In this document: positions 20,935 to 30,571 of the stretch, piece by piece
How the letters are laid out: every line of letters starts with the position of its first letter
Numbering within the stretch: the stretch's first letter is position 1
Source of the DNA: Candidatus Poribacteria bacterium
GTDB lineage: Bacteria > Poribacteria > WGA-4E > WGA-3G
Direction: 5' to 3'
Length of the DNA stretch: 64,000 nt
Assembly: GCA_965198235.1 (NCBI GenBank)
Contig: OZ240248.1
Span: 1,984,001 to 2,048,000 of the forward strand
Notes under the pieces: model-generated
Database searches by the model: none
Told to the model about the DNA's origin: nothing
The model's input: the letters and a program-made list of their open reading frames with translations, nothing else
Made by a program: the position numbers and the translations under genes

Positions 20935-21119
20935 AGTTACGTCGAATTTGACTTAAAAAAAGCGGCTTTTCATGAGGCACTCCTTATATTTTTTATACGC
21001 CAGAATAGCAGTCAGCCATCAGTAACCCGTCGACGACGGTAACTGATGGAAACCGATAGCCGAAAGCCGATAATCAATTCACTTAAGGTAGGTTTGAAAG
21101 CGTAGAAGGAAGGAGTAAT

Positions 21120-22676
21120 ATGCGAAAACTTAAAGTCGGTATTATTGACCTCGTTACCAATAGTTCCAAGCGAAACTTGTGGCAATGGGCAGTAAATGCT
21201 AATTTTGCAAGCATTATGCCTCAAGCTGTTGCAGCATGGTGCGAAGAAGATGGATATGCTGTCACATACGTGTGTTATACGGGTGTTGAAGCTTTAGAGG
21301 AAGAATTACCTGATGATGTTGACATTGTTTTCATAAGTGCCTTTTCGTTGGCCGCCCAATTGGCGTACGCACTGAGCAACCTCTTCCGATCTAAAGGGGC
21401 TGTCACCGTGCTGGGGGGGCCTCATGCGCGTTGCTATCCGCAGGATGCCCAGAAGTATTTCGATTACGTTCTGGGTTTCATTGACCGAACAATCATCCGA
21501 GATCTCTTGCAAGACGGATCCGCGCATCGTCCGATTGGCGTTCATCTTTCAGCCCAAGGACAACCCTTAACGCTGCCCGGTGTGCGTGAGCGTTGGAAGT
21601 TCATACAATTAACCCTCCGCAAAGCACCATGGCTGAAGAGTGTTCCGATGCTCGGGAGTATGGGGTGTCCGTATACTTGTAGCTTTTGCATTGATTCAGT
21701 CGTTCCTTACCAGCCTCTGGAGTTCGAGGAGATCAAGGCAGACCTACGTTTCCTCATAGGGAAATTTAAGAGACCGCTTGTCGCTTGGCATGATCCAAAC
21801 TTCGGTATCCGATTTGATGACTACATGTCTGCGATTGAAGAGGCTGCTCCCCCAGGAAGCATCAACTTCATCGCCGAAAGTAGTCTGTCTGTTCTCTCGG
21901 AACCGCACATGAAGCGGCTCAAGCGAAATGGATTTAAGGGGATATTGCCTGGCATCGAGTCCTGGTCAGATTTCGGTAATAAATCGAAAACAGGGAAGGA
22001 CCACGGATTCAATAAGGTCCGACAGGTTTCCGATCAGGTTAATATGATGCTGAGATACGTTCCCTACGTCCAAACAAACTTTGTGTTCGGACTTGATATT
22101 GATGAGGGCCCAGAACCCTTTGACCTCACAAAGTTATTCGTAGAGATGACCCCCGGGGCCTATCCCATCTATTCATTACTCACGGCGTATGGACAAGCGG
22201 CCCCTCTCAACCTTGAATACCAGCGCGACGGACGCGTCCTCCCTTTTCCATTCCATTTCCTGAACAACGTTCATGCGATGAATGTGAAACCGAAAAATTA
22301 CAGATGGGATGAGTTCTATGATGGTGTCATTGATATGATCGACCACACCTTTTCATCGAGAGCGATTTTTAGACGGTATAAGGCGGTTGATAGTTTCATT
22401 CCGCGATGGCTGAACGTCATTCGTGCCATGGCGGGACATGAACGAACCCGGTTGTACTATAACGTGCGCCGGCAACTTGATGCCGACAAACAATTTCTTG
22501 CCTTCTTTGATGGCGAAACAGGAGAACTCCCACAATTCTATATGGATTGGATGCGTAGGGATTTGGGCGCGTTATGGGAATGGCTCCCGGAGGGGGCATT
22601 GTATCATGACCCGAACGCCTATCTCAAGGTCGAGAATCAATCGCTCACACGGTTGGACAACTCGTCTCTTCATTAG
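21120..22676 (+). CDS. B12-binding domain radical SAM protein
   Basis: VLGGPHA cobalamin-domain motif, GCPYTCSFC cluster motif, GIES. Confidence 0.85.
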   Translation: MRKLKVGIIDLVTNSSKRNLWQWAVNANFASIMPQAVAAWCEEDGYAVTYVCYTGVEALEEELPDDVDIVFISAFSLAAQLAYALSNLFRSKGAVTVLGGPHARCYPQDAQKYFDYVLGFIDRTIIRDLLQDGSAHRPIGVHLSAQGQPLTLPGVRERWKFIQLTLRKAPWLKSVPMLGSMGCPYTCSFCIDSVVPYQPLEFEEIKADLRFLIGKFKRPLVAWHDPNFGIRFDDYMSAIEEAAPPGSINFIAESSLSVLSEPHMKRLKRNGFKGILPGIESWSDFGNKSKTGKDHGFNKVRQVSDQVNMMLRYVPYVQTNFVFGLDIDEGPEPFDLTKLFVEMTPGAYPIYSLLTAYGQAAPLNLEYQRDGRVLPFPFHFLNNVHAMNVKPKNYRWDEFYDGVIDMIDHTFSSRAIFRRYKAVDSFIPRWLNVIRAMAGHERTRLYYNVRRQLDADKQFLAFFDGETGELPQFYMDWMRRDLGALWEWLPEGALYHDPNAYLKVENQSLTRLDNSSLH

Positions 22677-22765
22677 TTTGTGGTTGTTAACCATCTGGTA
22701 TTGGGGTTTGATCCGCCCAAACACACGCTACCAGAAGAATCTACCGACGAATCGAGGAAAATGAC

Positions 22766-24307
22766 GTGAATTCAAACACCGTTCACACACTTGACACCAG
22801 CACAGAACTGTTCATTGATGATACGTTGGTCGCTTCTAAACATAACGTAACGCGCACACTGCATCAATGCGTAAAGCATGACGTTTCTGTACTTAAACCT
22901 GACCCCAACAATCCGTGGGAACACGGAGGTCCTGATCAATCCAGACGCGTTCACCTCTACGGCACCACAATGTACGATGCCGCGTACGGAAAATATCGCA
23001 TGTGGTATATGTGCCGCATGGGACCCCACTGGCGGTTTAAAGCGAACGAGATTCCGGGGCTTTACGTCCCACGTCCGGACCGAAATCCATCGACATTCAA
23101 GGGACAGACACACGATGCGTACGGACGGAAATTCGTCGAAAACGACCGGGGTGATCTTACCTGTTACGCAGAAAGTGACGATGGATTGACGTGGACGAAA
23201 CCGAACCTTGGTATCTTTGAATGCAACGGAAATCCAGACAACAACATCGTGTGGGATATACACGGCGCGTGTGTATTCCGTGATGACGAGGAGTCGGATC
23301 CCCAGAAACGGTATAAGATGATCGGTTTTTGCAGACGGTATCGCAACATCTTTCTGCTCACGTCACCCGATGGTATCCGATGGGACGATTCAGACTACTT
23401 GGAACCGGTTGCAGATCGGGACAACGAAGGTGCGTTCAATGTAATTTACGATAATAAAACTGACCTGTTTCGAGCTTACGCGCTGATACGCGGAAATGAC
23501 AAAGACGCACGACGTATGATTGCATATACCGAAAGCCCCCGTTTAGAGGGACCGTGGAAACCTCTCGAACCGATGTTCGGTGCAACTGCTGAGGACGATG
23601 AAATCGGTGTACAGAGGTATGGCGCGGATCGTGCTGAGATTCACAACATGTCAGGCTTCCTTTATCATAACATTTACATCGGTCTTGCTGGGGTGTTGTA
23701 TGTGACGGGACCGGGTGCAGCGGAACATGAGATTCCTATTGACGGACCGATTGACGCGCAACTCGTTAGTAGTCGAGACGGGTTTAATTGGGACTATCCG
23801 GATTCGATTCGGACACCAATCATTCCACGCGGCGACAGCGGCACATTCGATACCGGTATGATTATGGGAACAGCTATAGAACCGATTATCACCGAGGATG
23901 AAATTCACTGGTACTATACTGGAACCGTCCACACCCACGGTGCCCAGATGAAGGACAGGCACAAGGAAATTGGGCTTGCGAAGTGGCGATTAGATGGTTT
24001 TGTCTCTCTTGATGCTGATGCGGACGGTGGTGTCACTGAAACCGTTCCGTTGCAGATTCCGGACGGCGGGCTTGAAATTAACGCAGATGCAAGCGGTGGT
24101 CGGATTGGTGTTGAAGTGCTGACAGCCGATGGACAGGTTCAACCCGGATTTTCGATTGACGATTGTGTTCCGTTGACTGAGGATAGCATACGGCACTCGG
24201 TGCAGTGGAAGTCGGCAACGTTAGCGAGTGTAGAGCAACCCTTACGGCTCCGGTTTGTCCTGAATCACGCGAAACTTTACGCTTTCCGAGTAGGGGCAAG
24301 CTCCTGA
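22766..24307 (+). CDS. Five-bladed beta-propeller glycoside hydrolase-like protein (GH32/43 clan-like)
   Basis: LFIDD start, YRMWY, YAESDDGLTWTKPNLG, S.DG..W repeats, RLDGFVSL. Confidence 0.65.
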   Translation: MNSNTVHTLDTSTELFIDDTLVASKHNVTRTLHQCVKHDVSVLKPDPNNPWEHGGPDQSRRVHLYGTTMYDAAYGKYRMWYMCRMGPHWRFKANEIPGLYVPRPDRNPSTFKGQTHDAYGRKFVENDRGDLTCYAESDDGLTWTKPNLGIFECNGNPDNNIVWDIHGACVFRDDEESDPQKRYKMIGFCRRYRNIFLLTSPDGIRWDDSDYLEPVADRDNEGAFNVIYDNKTDLFRAYALIRGNDKDARRMIAYTESPRLEGPWKPLEPMFGATAEDDEIGVQRYGADRAEIHNMSGFLYHNIYIGLAGVLYVTGPGAAEHEIPIDGPIDAQLVSSRDGFNWDYPDSIRTPIIPRGDSGTFDTGMIMGTAIEPIITEDEIHWYYTGTVHTHGAQMKDRHKEIGLAKWRLDGFVSLDADADGGVTETVPLQIPDGGLEINADASGGRIGVEVLTADGQVQPGFSIDDCVPLTEDSIRHSVQWKSATLASVEQPLRLRFVLNHAKLYAFRVGASS

Positions 24308-24342
24308 TCGCGGCATTTGTGCCAAAATGTTATCTTCTGTCA

Positions 24343-25186
24343 TCACTGTCCGACATTCGGGTCTAATTCCTTAGCCTTTTGAAAATCCGCCTTCGCCGTT
24401 TCCTTTTGTCCTAATGCTTCTTTCGCAAGCCCACGCTCGTAGAAGTATTCTGCATCCTCTGGATCAAGTCGGATAGCGGCATCAAAGTCCTCTATCGCGC
24501 CTTCAGCGTTACCAAGGGCAGTTTTGGCAACACCCCGATTACCATAGGCGGCGGCATCTTCTGGGTTGAGTTGTATTGCATGCGTGCAATCTCGAACTGC
24601 TGCTATGTATAACGCCTCTGCACCCGCTATATTTCCCTGATCCGTCTTAGTTTTACCAAGGTGGAACTGTGCATAACCCCGATTGATATATGGATCCGGA
24701 ATCTCGGATGCTATGTAAAGTACCCTCCGAGACCGTATATTTTCCTTTCGGGTATCCGACAGCAGAAACTGCCTCACCACTCTGAACGGTATCGCTGTTA
24801 CCAAGTGGAAGCGGCGCACCCGCCCCCGTAACTTTTAGGATGGCAAGGTCATTTTTCATATCGAACGCAGTGGCACCCTCAACAGTCCAGCGTTTCTCGT
24901 GGTCAACCGATTGTACGAGAACGGGTTCGAGGTGTGCAACAACGTGAATGTTCGTTGCGACCTTGTTACGTGCCACGAAAAAACCGTTGCCTACTCCTCT
25001 AATTCTCGACATACTCACGACGCGAACGATAGAATTACGCACACCTTCAGGTTCTAAAGGTTCAGCAGGCACTAAGCTTTTTTCTTGAATCTCTTGGGGA
25101 GCCCGCGCGCAGGAGCACAAAATTATTAAAGCCAATAAGCCTAATAAAAATTTTCTGTCAGTTTTCATAAATGGATACCTTTTCAT
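24343..25186 (-). pseudogene. Trypsin-like serine protease-TPR lipoprotein with internal deletion/frameshift
   Basis: N-terminal part has lipobox-like LCSC, GNGFF, TNIHVV, DLAILKV and VGYP but no GxSG; near 24700 the frame switches to TPR repeats (YINRG, AYGNRG, YERG). Confidence 0.75.
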
Positions 25187-25287
25187 CTTTAGTTGTAAAC
25201 TGATTCGCTTTTCTTGAAAAAATGTGAATTTTCCGAAAAATCCAAGGTTAAACGCTTAGAGGGAATTCTATAGAAATCGTAAAAGGC

Positions 25288-25317
25288 TTGACATTTACCC
25301 ACAAAATGTGCTACAAC
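25288..25317 (+). promoter_or_regulatory. Sigma70-type promoter for the structured RNA
   Basis: TTGACA-18 nt-TACAAC with extended TG. Confidence 0.55.
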
Positions 25318-25354
25318 ACTTAACATATATAGATTCCAAATAGGATTATCAAAT

Positions 25355-25513
25355 GTTTTACCTGTCGCTTACCACAGGCTTTGGTCTCGGAATAGACCAA
25401 ACCCCTCTTAAATTACATGAGAATTGCCTTCGCGGATTCGTAGGCTTAGGTGTTATGCTAATCACTATTTCCATGTATCGCGCAGGGGTGGGCTTCTAAG
25501 TAGCAGGTAAAAC
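25355..25513 (+). ncRNA. Unidentified multibranched structured RNA (sRNA or riboswitch aptamer candidate)
   Basis: 17-bp closing stem GTTTTACCTGTCGCTTA/TAAGTAGCAGGTAAAAC with G-U pairs only on the + strand; several nested internal stems; no ORF. Confidence 0.65.
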
Positions 25514-25534
25514 GGGTTCTAAGTTACACAATAT

Positions 25535-25591
25535 AACGCCCATCACTGAACATCATGAAAGCGAGGTTTCGGTGAGGGTGTTTTCTTTTTT
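25535..25591 (+). terminator. Intrinsic terminator
   Basis: ACGCCC-TCACTGAA.../...TTCGGTGAGGGTGT hairpin followed by TTTCTTTTTT. Confidence 0.7.
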
Positions 25592-25838
25592 AAACAACAG
25601 CAAAGTATTACGTTTGCAGGCAAGAAAACCTTATTTTTAATTGAACGCCAAGCGTGCACTCAGACCCCATGGTAGGATGTGGTGTCTTGTCGAACCCGCG
25701 CTGCGCCGATGTTGCAGTGCTACATGCCTTGGCCAATCCTTTAAAAAATCCCGTTTGACTTAACCGAAAACCATCGTGAAACGTAGTGGAACGATGCGCG
25801 AAGGCCAATCCTTTAAAATCCTTAAAAGAGGAGAAAAG

Positions 25839-27989
25839 ATGCATTACAGGATCGTTCTTTTGTTGTTCGTAATGATTGTTGCAGCAAACTTAAATGTCGA
25901 AGCCAGCAAAGAAATTAGGCCAGTGTTCACCCAAGATACAATCGAAATTGACGGGCATCTCAACGAGGAAGATTGGGCGCGGGCACAAGTCATCGATGAC
26001 TTTACCCAACAATCACCCGATGAGGGGCAACCAAGTAGCGAACGCACAGAGGTTCGTATGTTGTATAGCACCGAGAAGCTTTACATCGGGTTTGAATGTT
26101 ACGACTCCGAACCTAAAAAGGTTGTTGCGAACGAAATGCGGCGCGACGGGCAGCTTTGGCAGAATGACAACGTTTACGTGATGCTTGACACTTATGGTGA
26201 TAAAAGACAGTGCGTCTTTTTTCGCATGAATGCGCTCGGGGCACAGTCAGACACCGCAGTCACAGACGGCGGCGAAAATCTTAACGGGAGTTGGGACTGT
26301 ATCTGGGAAGCTGCTGGACGGCGACACGATAAAGGGTGGACAGTTGAGATCGCGATCCCCTTCAATCAGCTGCGGTTCAAAAAAGACGATTCGATGGTGT
26401 GGGGTGTGAATTTTGGACGCAATATCGCGCGAAAGAATGAAACGACACAATGGATACAGGTCCCTCGAAGTGAAAGTTGGCCCGGCACCTATCACCCGAC
26501 GTATCAAGGCAAACTGATTGGGCTACAGGGTGTTGCATCACCATCATATTTTGATGTCAAGCCGTATCTGATCGGCGGTTTGGCGAGGCATCTCAGCGAT
26601 GGAGATTGGCAGCGAACCACCGAACAGGACCTCGGGCTCGATATGAAATACGGTGTGACATCGAACCTGACATTGGATATGACGTTAAATACGGATTTTG
26701 CACAGGTAGAGGCAGACCAGGAGGAGGTTAACCTCACACGATTCAGCCTCTTTTTCCCGGAGCGGCGCGAATTTTTCCTCGAGGGCAGCGGGCTGTTCGC
26801 CTTTGGCGCAGGTATTGGAGACTTCGGTCCACCGCCGCTGGCCGTTTTTTACAGTCGCCGCATCGGCATTGAAGACGGTAAACAGGTTCGACTTCTTGGA
26901 GGCGGTAAGCTGACAGGAAAGGTCGGAGCTTACAGTGTGGGTGCGCTCAACATGACAACCGCTGCCTCACCAGAATCGCCCATGACAAACTTTTCTGTGC
27001 TAAGAATGCAGCGCGATATTCTCAGTGATTCAAGCGTCGGTTTTATTCTCACCAATCGGCAGAGCGACCTCGGCGAGTATCATCGCAACGGCGGAATAGA
27101 CCTGTTTTTTAGACCCCATGATCAGTGGCGGATGCGCGCAATGACCGTGGGGAGTTGGTCTCCAGACCCGGACGAGCGCGATTTCGCATGGTATCTCTCA
27201 AACGACTGGCGCAACGATTATTTTCATATCAATGCGTCTTATCTTGACATCGGTCCCCAATTTACGAGTAAAATGGGGTTCATGCATCGACGAGACATCC
27301 GCTCGTTGATGTTGAATGCCGATTACGAAGTCCAAGTTAGGCGGTATGGTGTCCGAGATGTTGGAGCGATTTTCAATGGCAGTTACCTATTAGACCACGA
27401 TAACAGACTTATCGGTTGGGACGTGGGAGTTGGTGGAGATATGCTCTCGGAGTCCGACGATGGATTCAATCTCGATTTCCGTCGGTTTTTCGACCGTGTT
27501 GAGGAATCTTTCAGCATCGGTGGTGTTGAGATTCCCGTTGGCGATTACGAGATGAATCAAGTTTCCCTAATGGCTTTCACTGAGACCAGTCGTCCGTTCG
27601 CTGTATTCGGTGGTGTGGATTATGGGGATTACTTTCACGGCAACCACGTGAGTTTTAACATTGATAGTCAGTGGCGGATGACCTACCAACTCGCGATCGA
27701 AACACGATACCAGCGCAATTGGATTCACTTGCCCGAAAGCGATCTGTTCACGACAAACATTGTCGGCACACGTATCAGTTATGCGTTGAATACCCGTTTC
27801 TTTACCAAATTGTACGCACAATGGAACGATAGTGCAGAACGGGCAAGCGCGAATTTCTTGCTCAATTACATCTATCGTCCGGGAAGCGATTTTTATTTCG
27901 TGTTCGATCAGGCATGGAATGCAGCGGACGGTTTGCGGGAGCACGAATGGACAGTATTGAGCAAGTTTACCTATCTGTTCAGTTTATAG
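25839..27989 (+). CDS. Carbohydrate-binding family 9-like/DUF5916 outer-membrane protein
   Basis: Signal peptide, IDG.LNE.DW, WTVEIAIPF..LRF, NTDFAQVEAD...NLTRFSLFFPERREFFLEG, C-terminal aromatic beta-strand. Confidence 0.8.
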   Translation: MHYRIVLLLFVMIVAANLNVEASKEIRPVFTQDTIEIDGHLNEEDWARAQVIDDFTQQSPDEGQPSSERTEVRMLYSTEKLYIGFECYDSEPKKVVANEMRRDGQLWQNDNVYVMLDTYGDKRQCVFFRMNALGAQSDTAVTDGGENLNGSWDCIWEAAGRRHDKGWTVEIAIPFNQLRFKKDDSMVWGVNFGRNIARKNETTQWIQVPRSESWPGTYHPTYQGKLIGLQGVASPSYFDVKPYLIGGLARHLSDGDWQRTTEQDLGLDMKYGVTSNLTLDMTLNTDFAQVEADQEEVNLTRFSLFFPERREFFLEGSGLFAFGAGIGDFGPPPLAVFYSRRIGIEDGKQVRLLGGGKLTGKVGAYSVGALNMTTAASPESPMTNFSVLRMQRDILSDSSVGFILTNRQSDLGEYHRNGGIDLFFRPHDQWRMRAMTVGSWSPDPDERDFAWYLSNDWRNDYFHINASYLDIGPQFTSKMGFMHRRDIRSLMLNADYEVQVRRYGVRDVGAIFNGSYLLDHDNRLIGWDVGVGGDMLSESDDGFNLDFRRFFDRVEESFSIGGVEIPVGDYEMNQVSLMAFTETSRPFAVFGGVDYGDYFHGNHVSFNIDSQWRMTYQLAIETRYQRNWIHLPESDLFTTNIVGTRISYALNTRFFTKLYAQWNDSAERASANFLLNYIYRPGSDFYFVFDQAWNAADGLREHEWTVLSKFTYLFSL

Positions 27990-28117
27990 TGTTCGTAGGC
28001 GTGATCTTTACGCTAAATCAAACTTCGTCTTGATATTTCTTATTCAAACCTGCTATAATTATCAGGGGCAATGCGACACGCAATTTCAGAATTCAACGCT
28101 AAGAGAAGAGGGAAAAA

Positions 28118-28531
28118 ATGAGACACACAACACAAATTGAACTCGAAAATCAATATGACTTGGTAGCAGTAAAACTAGGCGTTATGAATCCAGAAGATGT
28201 GCGGCGGCTCACCGTCACAGATGCCCTTGTTGATACCGGTGCGACGGGACTCTGCCTGCCAACTCCCCTCATTGAACAACTCGGTCTCACACCCATTAAA
28301 ATGGCGCGGGCCCGTACCGCCACTGGCATTGTTGATAGGATGCTTTACTCGGCAGTCCAATTTACAATATTGGAACGAACAAGTCTAATACAGATCACCG
28401 ATTTGCCCGAGGGATCGCCTGTCCTCGTCGGGCACATCGTATTGGAACATCTCGATCTCTGTGTTGATATAAAAAAGGGGCTCATCTATAACCCCGCACA
28501 TGATGGCGAATGGATTACGGAGATCCTCTGA
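28118..28531 (+). CDS. Clan AA (retropepsin-like) aspartic protease
   Basis: ALVDTGAT catalytic motif and LVG...LE motif; upstream TTGATA-18-TATAAT promoter. Confidence 0.8.
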   Translation: MRHTTQIELENQYDLVAVKLGVMNPEDVRRLTVTDALVDTGATGLCLPTPLIEQLGLTPIKMARARTATGIVDRMLYSAVQFTILERTSLIQITDLPEGSPVLVGHIVLEHLDLCVDIKKGLIYNPAHDGEWITEIL

Positions 28532-28555
28532 TAACTGGTAAGGAAGGTTTTAAAT

Positions 28556-29194
28556 ATGATAGAGTTGGATAACTTCGCGGGGCACAACGTTCACTTGGAA
28601 ACTGAGCGGTTGAAGCTTCGACCCTTTAAAGATGCAGATTTCGATATTGCCGTCCCTTTTTACAACGACCCCGATTTCCTACAGGCGATGGAGGAATCGC
28701 CGCCTGATGAACCCATAACAAGAGACTATCTCAAAAGCGCAGGCAAGGCGATGGCAAAAGACGGTTTTTTCTTCGCAATCGTAGAAAAAGCAAGCGGACG
28801 CACCATCGGCGAGGTATGTTTGCAGTGGATGAATTTGGAGCGGGCAAAGGTTGAAGGTGAGAAGGTAATGCGCCTGCCCATCGGAATTTGGGACAAAACC
28901 CTGTGGGGTAAAGGCTACGGAAAAGAGGTCGTGCGATGCTTGATGGCGCACGCATTTGAGAAATTGGGAATTGACCGATTCTGTCCAGTGGATGTCCGGG
29001 CAGACAACGCCCGTTCAAAAGCGTTGTGGCAGTCACTTGGGTTTGTCGTTTCAAGGGAAGTGGATGACGGGAAGACATTGGACTTTGAGATCACACGCGC
29101 GGAATATGAGAAACTTGTTCAACGGAATTTCAAATCAGTGGAGGCACGCCATCACGATGATCGTGATCGCGTGACCTCCGAAGAGGAGTCTTGA
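28556..29194 (+). CDS. GNAT N-acetyltransferase (RimJ/RimL-like)
   Basis: LETERLKLRPF, WGKGYG, N.RS.ALW.SLGF. Confidence 0.85.
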   Translation: MIELDNFAGHNVHLETERLKLRPFKDADFDIAVPFYNDPDFLQAMEESPPDEPITRDYLKSAGKAMAKDGFFFAIVEKASGRTIGEVCLQWMNLERAKVEGEKVMRLPIGIWDKTLWGKGYGKEVVRCLMAHAFEKLGIDRFCPVDVRADNARSKALWQSLGFVVSREVDDGKTLDFEITRAEYEKLVQRNFKSVEARHHDDRDRVTSEEES

Positions 29195-30543
29195 TGTTCA
29201 GCACACAACTTGCCAAGCGGGCAGCGGAGAATAATCCGATCCGTGTTGGTATCATCGGTGCGGGAAAATTTGGTGCCGGACTGGTGGCGCAAATCTCGCA
29301 GATGCAAGGCATGGTGGCGAGCGCAATCGCCGACATCGACTTGGAGCACGCTAAAGGCGCGTATAAAGCCAGCAGTGTCCCGTCCGACGCGATTCAACAG
29401 GTAGGAAACGTTGACGCGATGAACGATGCGATCCGCAGCGATAAACGGGCAATCACTGAAGATGGACTGCATATTATTCAGTCGGATCTAATTGAAGTCG
29501 TTGTGGAAGCCACCGGTATTCCAGAGGTCGGCGCGCAAATGGCGTACCAGACCCTGATGCACAAGAAACACCTCGTGATGGTTAACGTGGAAACCGATGT
29601 TACTGTAGGTCCGTTTCTGAGACGCTTGGCAGACAACGCAGGGGTCGTCTATACACTTGTTGATGGGGATCAGCCCGGTGTGACGATGAACATCGTTGAA
29701 TGGTCGAAAACGCTCGGTTTTGAAATCGTCGCTGCCGGACGCGGCACCGTATTCTATGACGATGACCGTGTCGGGATACCAGATACCGTCCCGCAGCGAT
29801 TCGGGTTTAGTCAGGAACATATTGAGCGTCGCACGATTAACTTCAAGATGTTTAATTCGTTTCGGGATGGGTCGAAAGCACAGATTGAGATGACCTCGTT
29901 GGCGAATATGGCAGGGCTACCACCGGATGTGCGCGGTATGCACGAACCGTCAGTGAATATTGAAGACATTGCCAAGGTTTTCAGCCTTCAAGAGGAGGGT
30001 GGTATTCTAAACCGACATGGTGTCGTTGAACTCGCAAACAGTATTGGCACTGATGGCAAGACACTGCTGGACAACCCGCTTCGGATGGGTGTATTCGTTG
30101 TTATTCGGACCGATCATCCGTTCACGCAGGAGGATCTTGCTGGCTACAATCTGTATCCGGGTGGGAATGGAAAGAACTATCTCCTTTATCGTCCCTATCA
30201 CCTTGTGGCTGTTGAAGCCCCAATTTCAATTGCGAAAGCCGCCCTCTATGGACAACCAACAGGGACACCGCTGCCAACACCTGTTGCCGATGTGATCACG
30301 GTTGCCAAACGCAATTTGAAAGCGGGAGAAGTCCTTGATGGAAGTGGTGGGTATACCGTTAATGGACTAATTGAAAAGACAGAAATTGCACGCACTGAGA
30401 ATCTGCTTCCCCTCGGTTTGGTGGACGACGTTAAACTCAAACGCGATGTCCTCCAAGGGGAAGCGGTCTCTTATGATATGGTGGAGCTAAACGAGGACTC
30501 TTTCGTCCTCAAACTCCGCCGCCTCCAAGACGCAACCGCCTGA
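29191..30543 (+). CDS. NAD(P)-dependent oxidoreductase, homoserine-dehydrogenase-like, with C-terminal SAF domain
   Basis: IRVGIIGAGKFG, NVETDVTVGP, GDQPG, DGSK..IEM, AKRNLKAGEVLDG.GGY. Confidence 0.8.
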   Translation: MMFSTQLAKRAAENNPIRVGIIGAGKFGAGLVAQISQMQGMVASAIADIDLEHAKGAYKASSVPSDAIQQVGNVDAMNDAIRSDKRAITEDGLHIIQSDLIEVVVEATGIPEVGAQMAYQTLMHKKHLVMVNVETDVTVGPFLRRLADNAGVVYTLVDGDQPGVTMNIVEWSKTLGFEIVAAGRGTVFYDDDRVGIPDTVPQRFGFSQEHIERRTINFKMFNSFRDGSKAQIEMTSLANMAGLPPDVRGMHEPSVNIEDIAKVFSLQEEGGILNRHGVVELANSIGTDGKTLLDNPLRMGVFVVIRTDHPFTQEDLAGYNLYPGGNGKNYLLYRPYHLVAVEAPISIAKAALYGQPTGTPLPTPVADVITVAKRNLKAGEVLDGSGGYTVNGLIEKTEIARTENLLPLGLVDDVKLKRDVLQGEAVSYDMVELNEDSFVLKLRRLQDATA

Positions 30544-30571
30544 AAAGCCGTTCATCGAGAATTCCGATAGG

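Noticed and set aside
15341-22676. Possible RiPP/natural-product cluster (sulfotransferase, ABC exporter pair, B12 radical SAM)
   Set aside because: No precursor peptide, peptidase or scaffold synthase; the genes are separated by repeats and face different directions.
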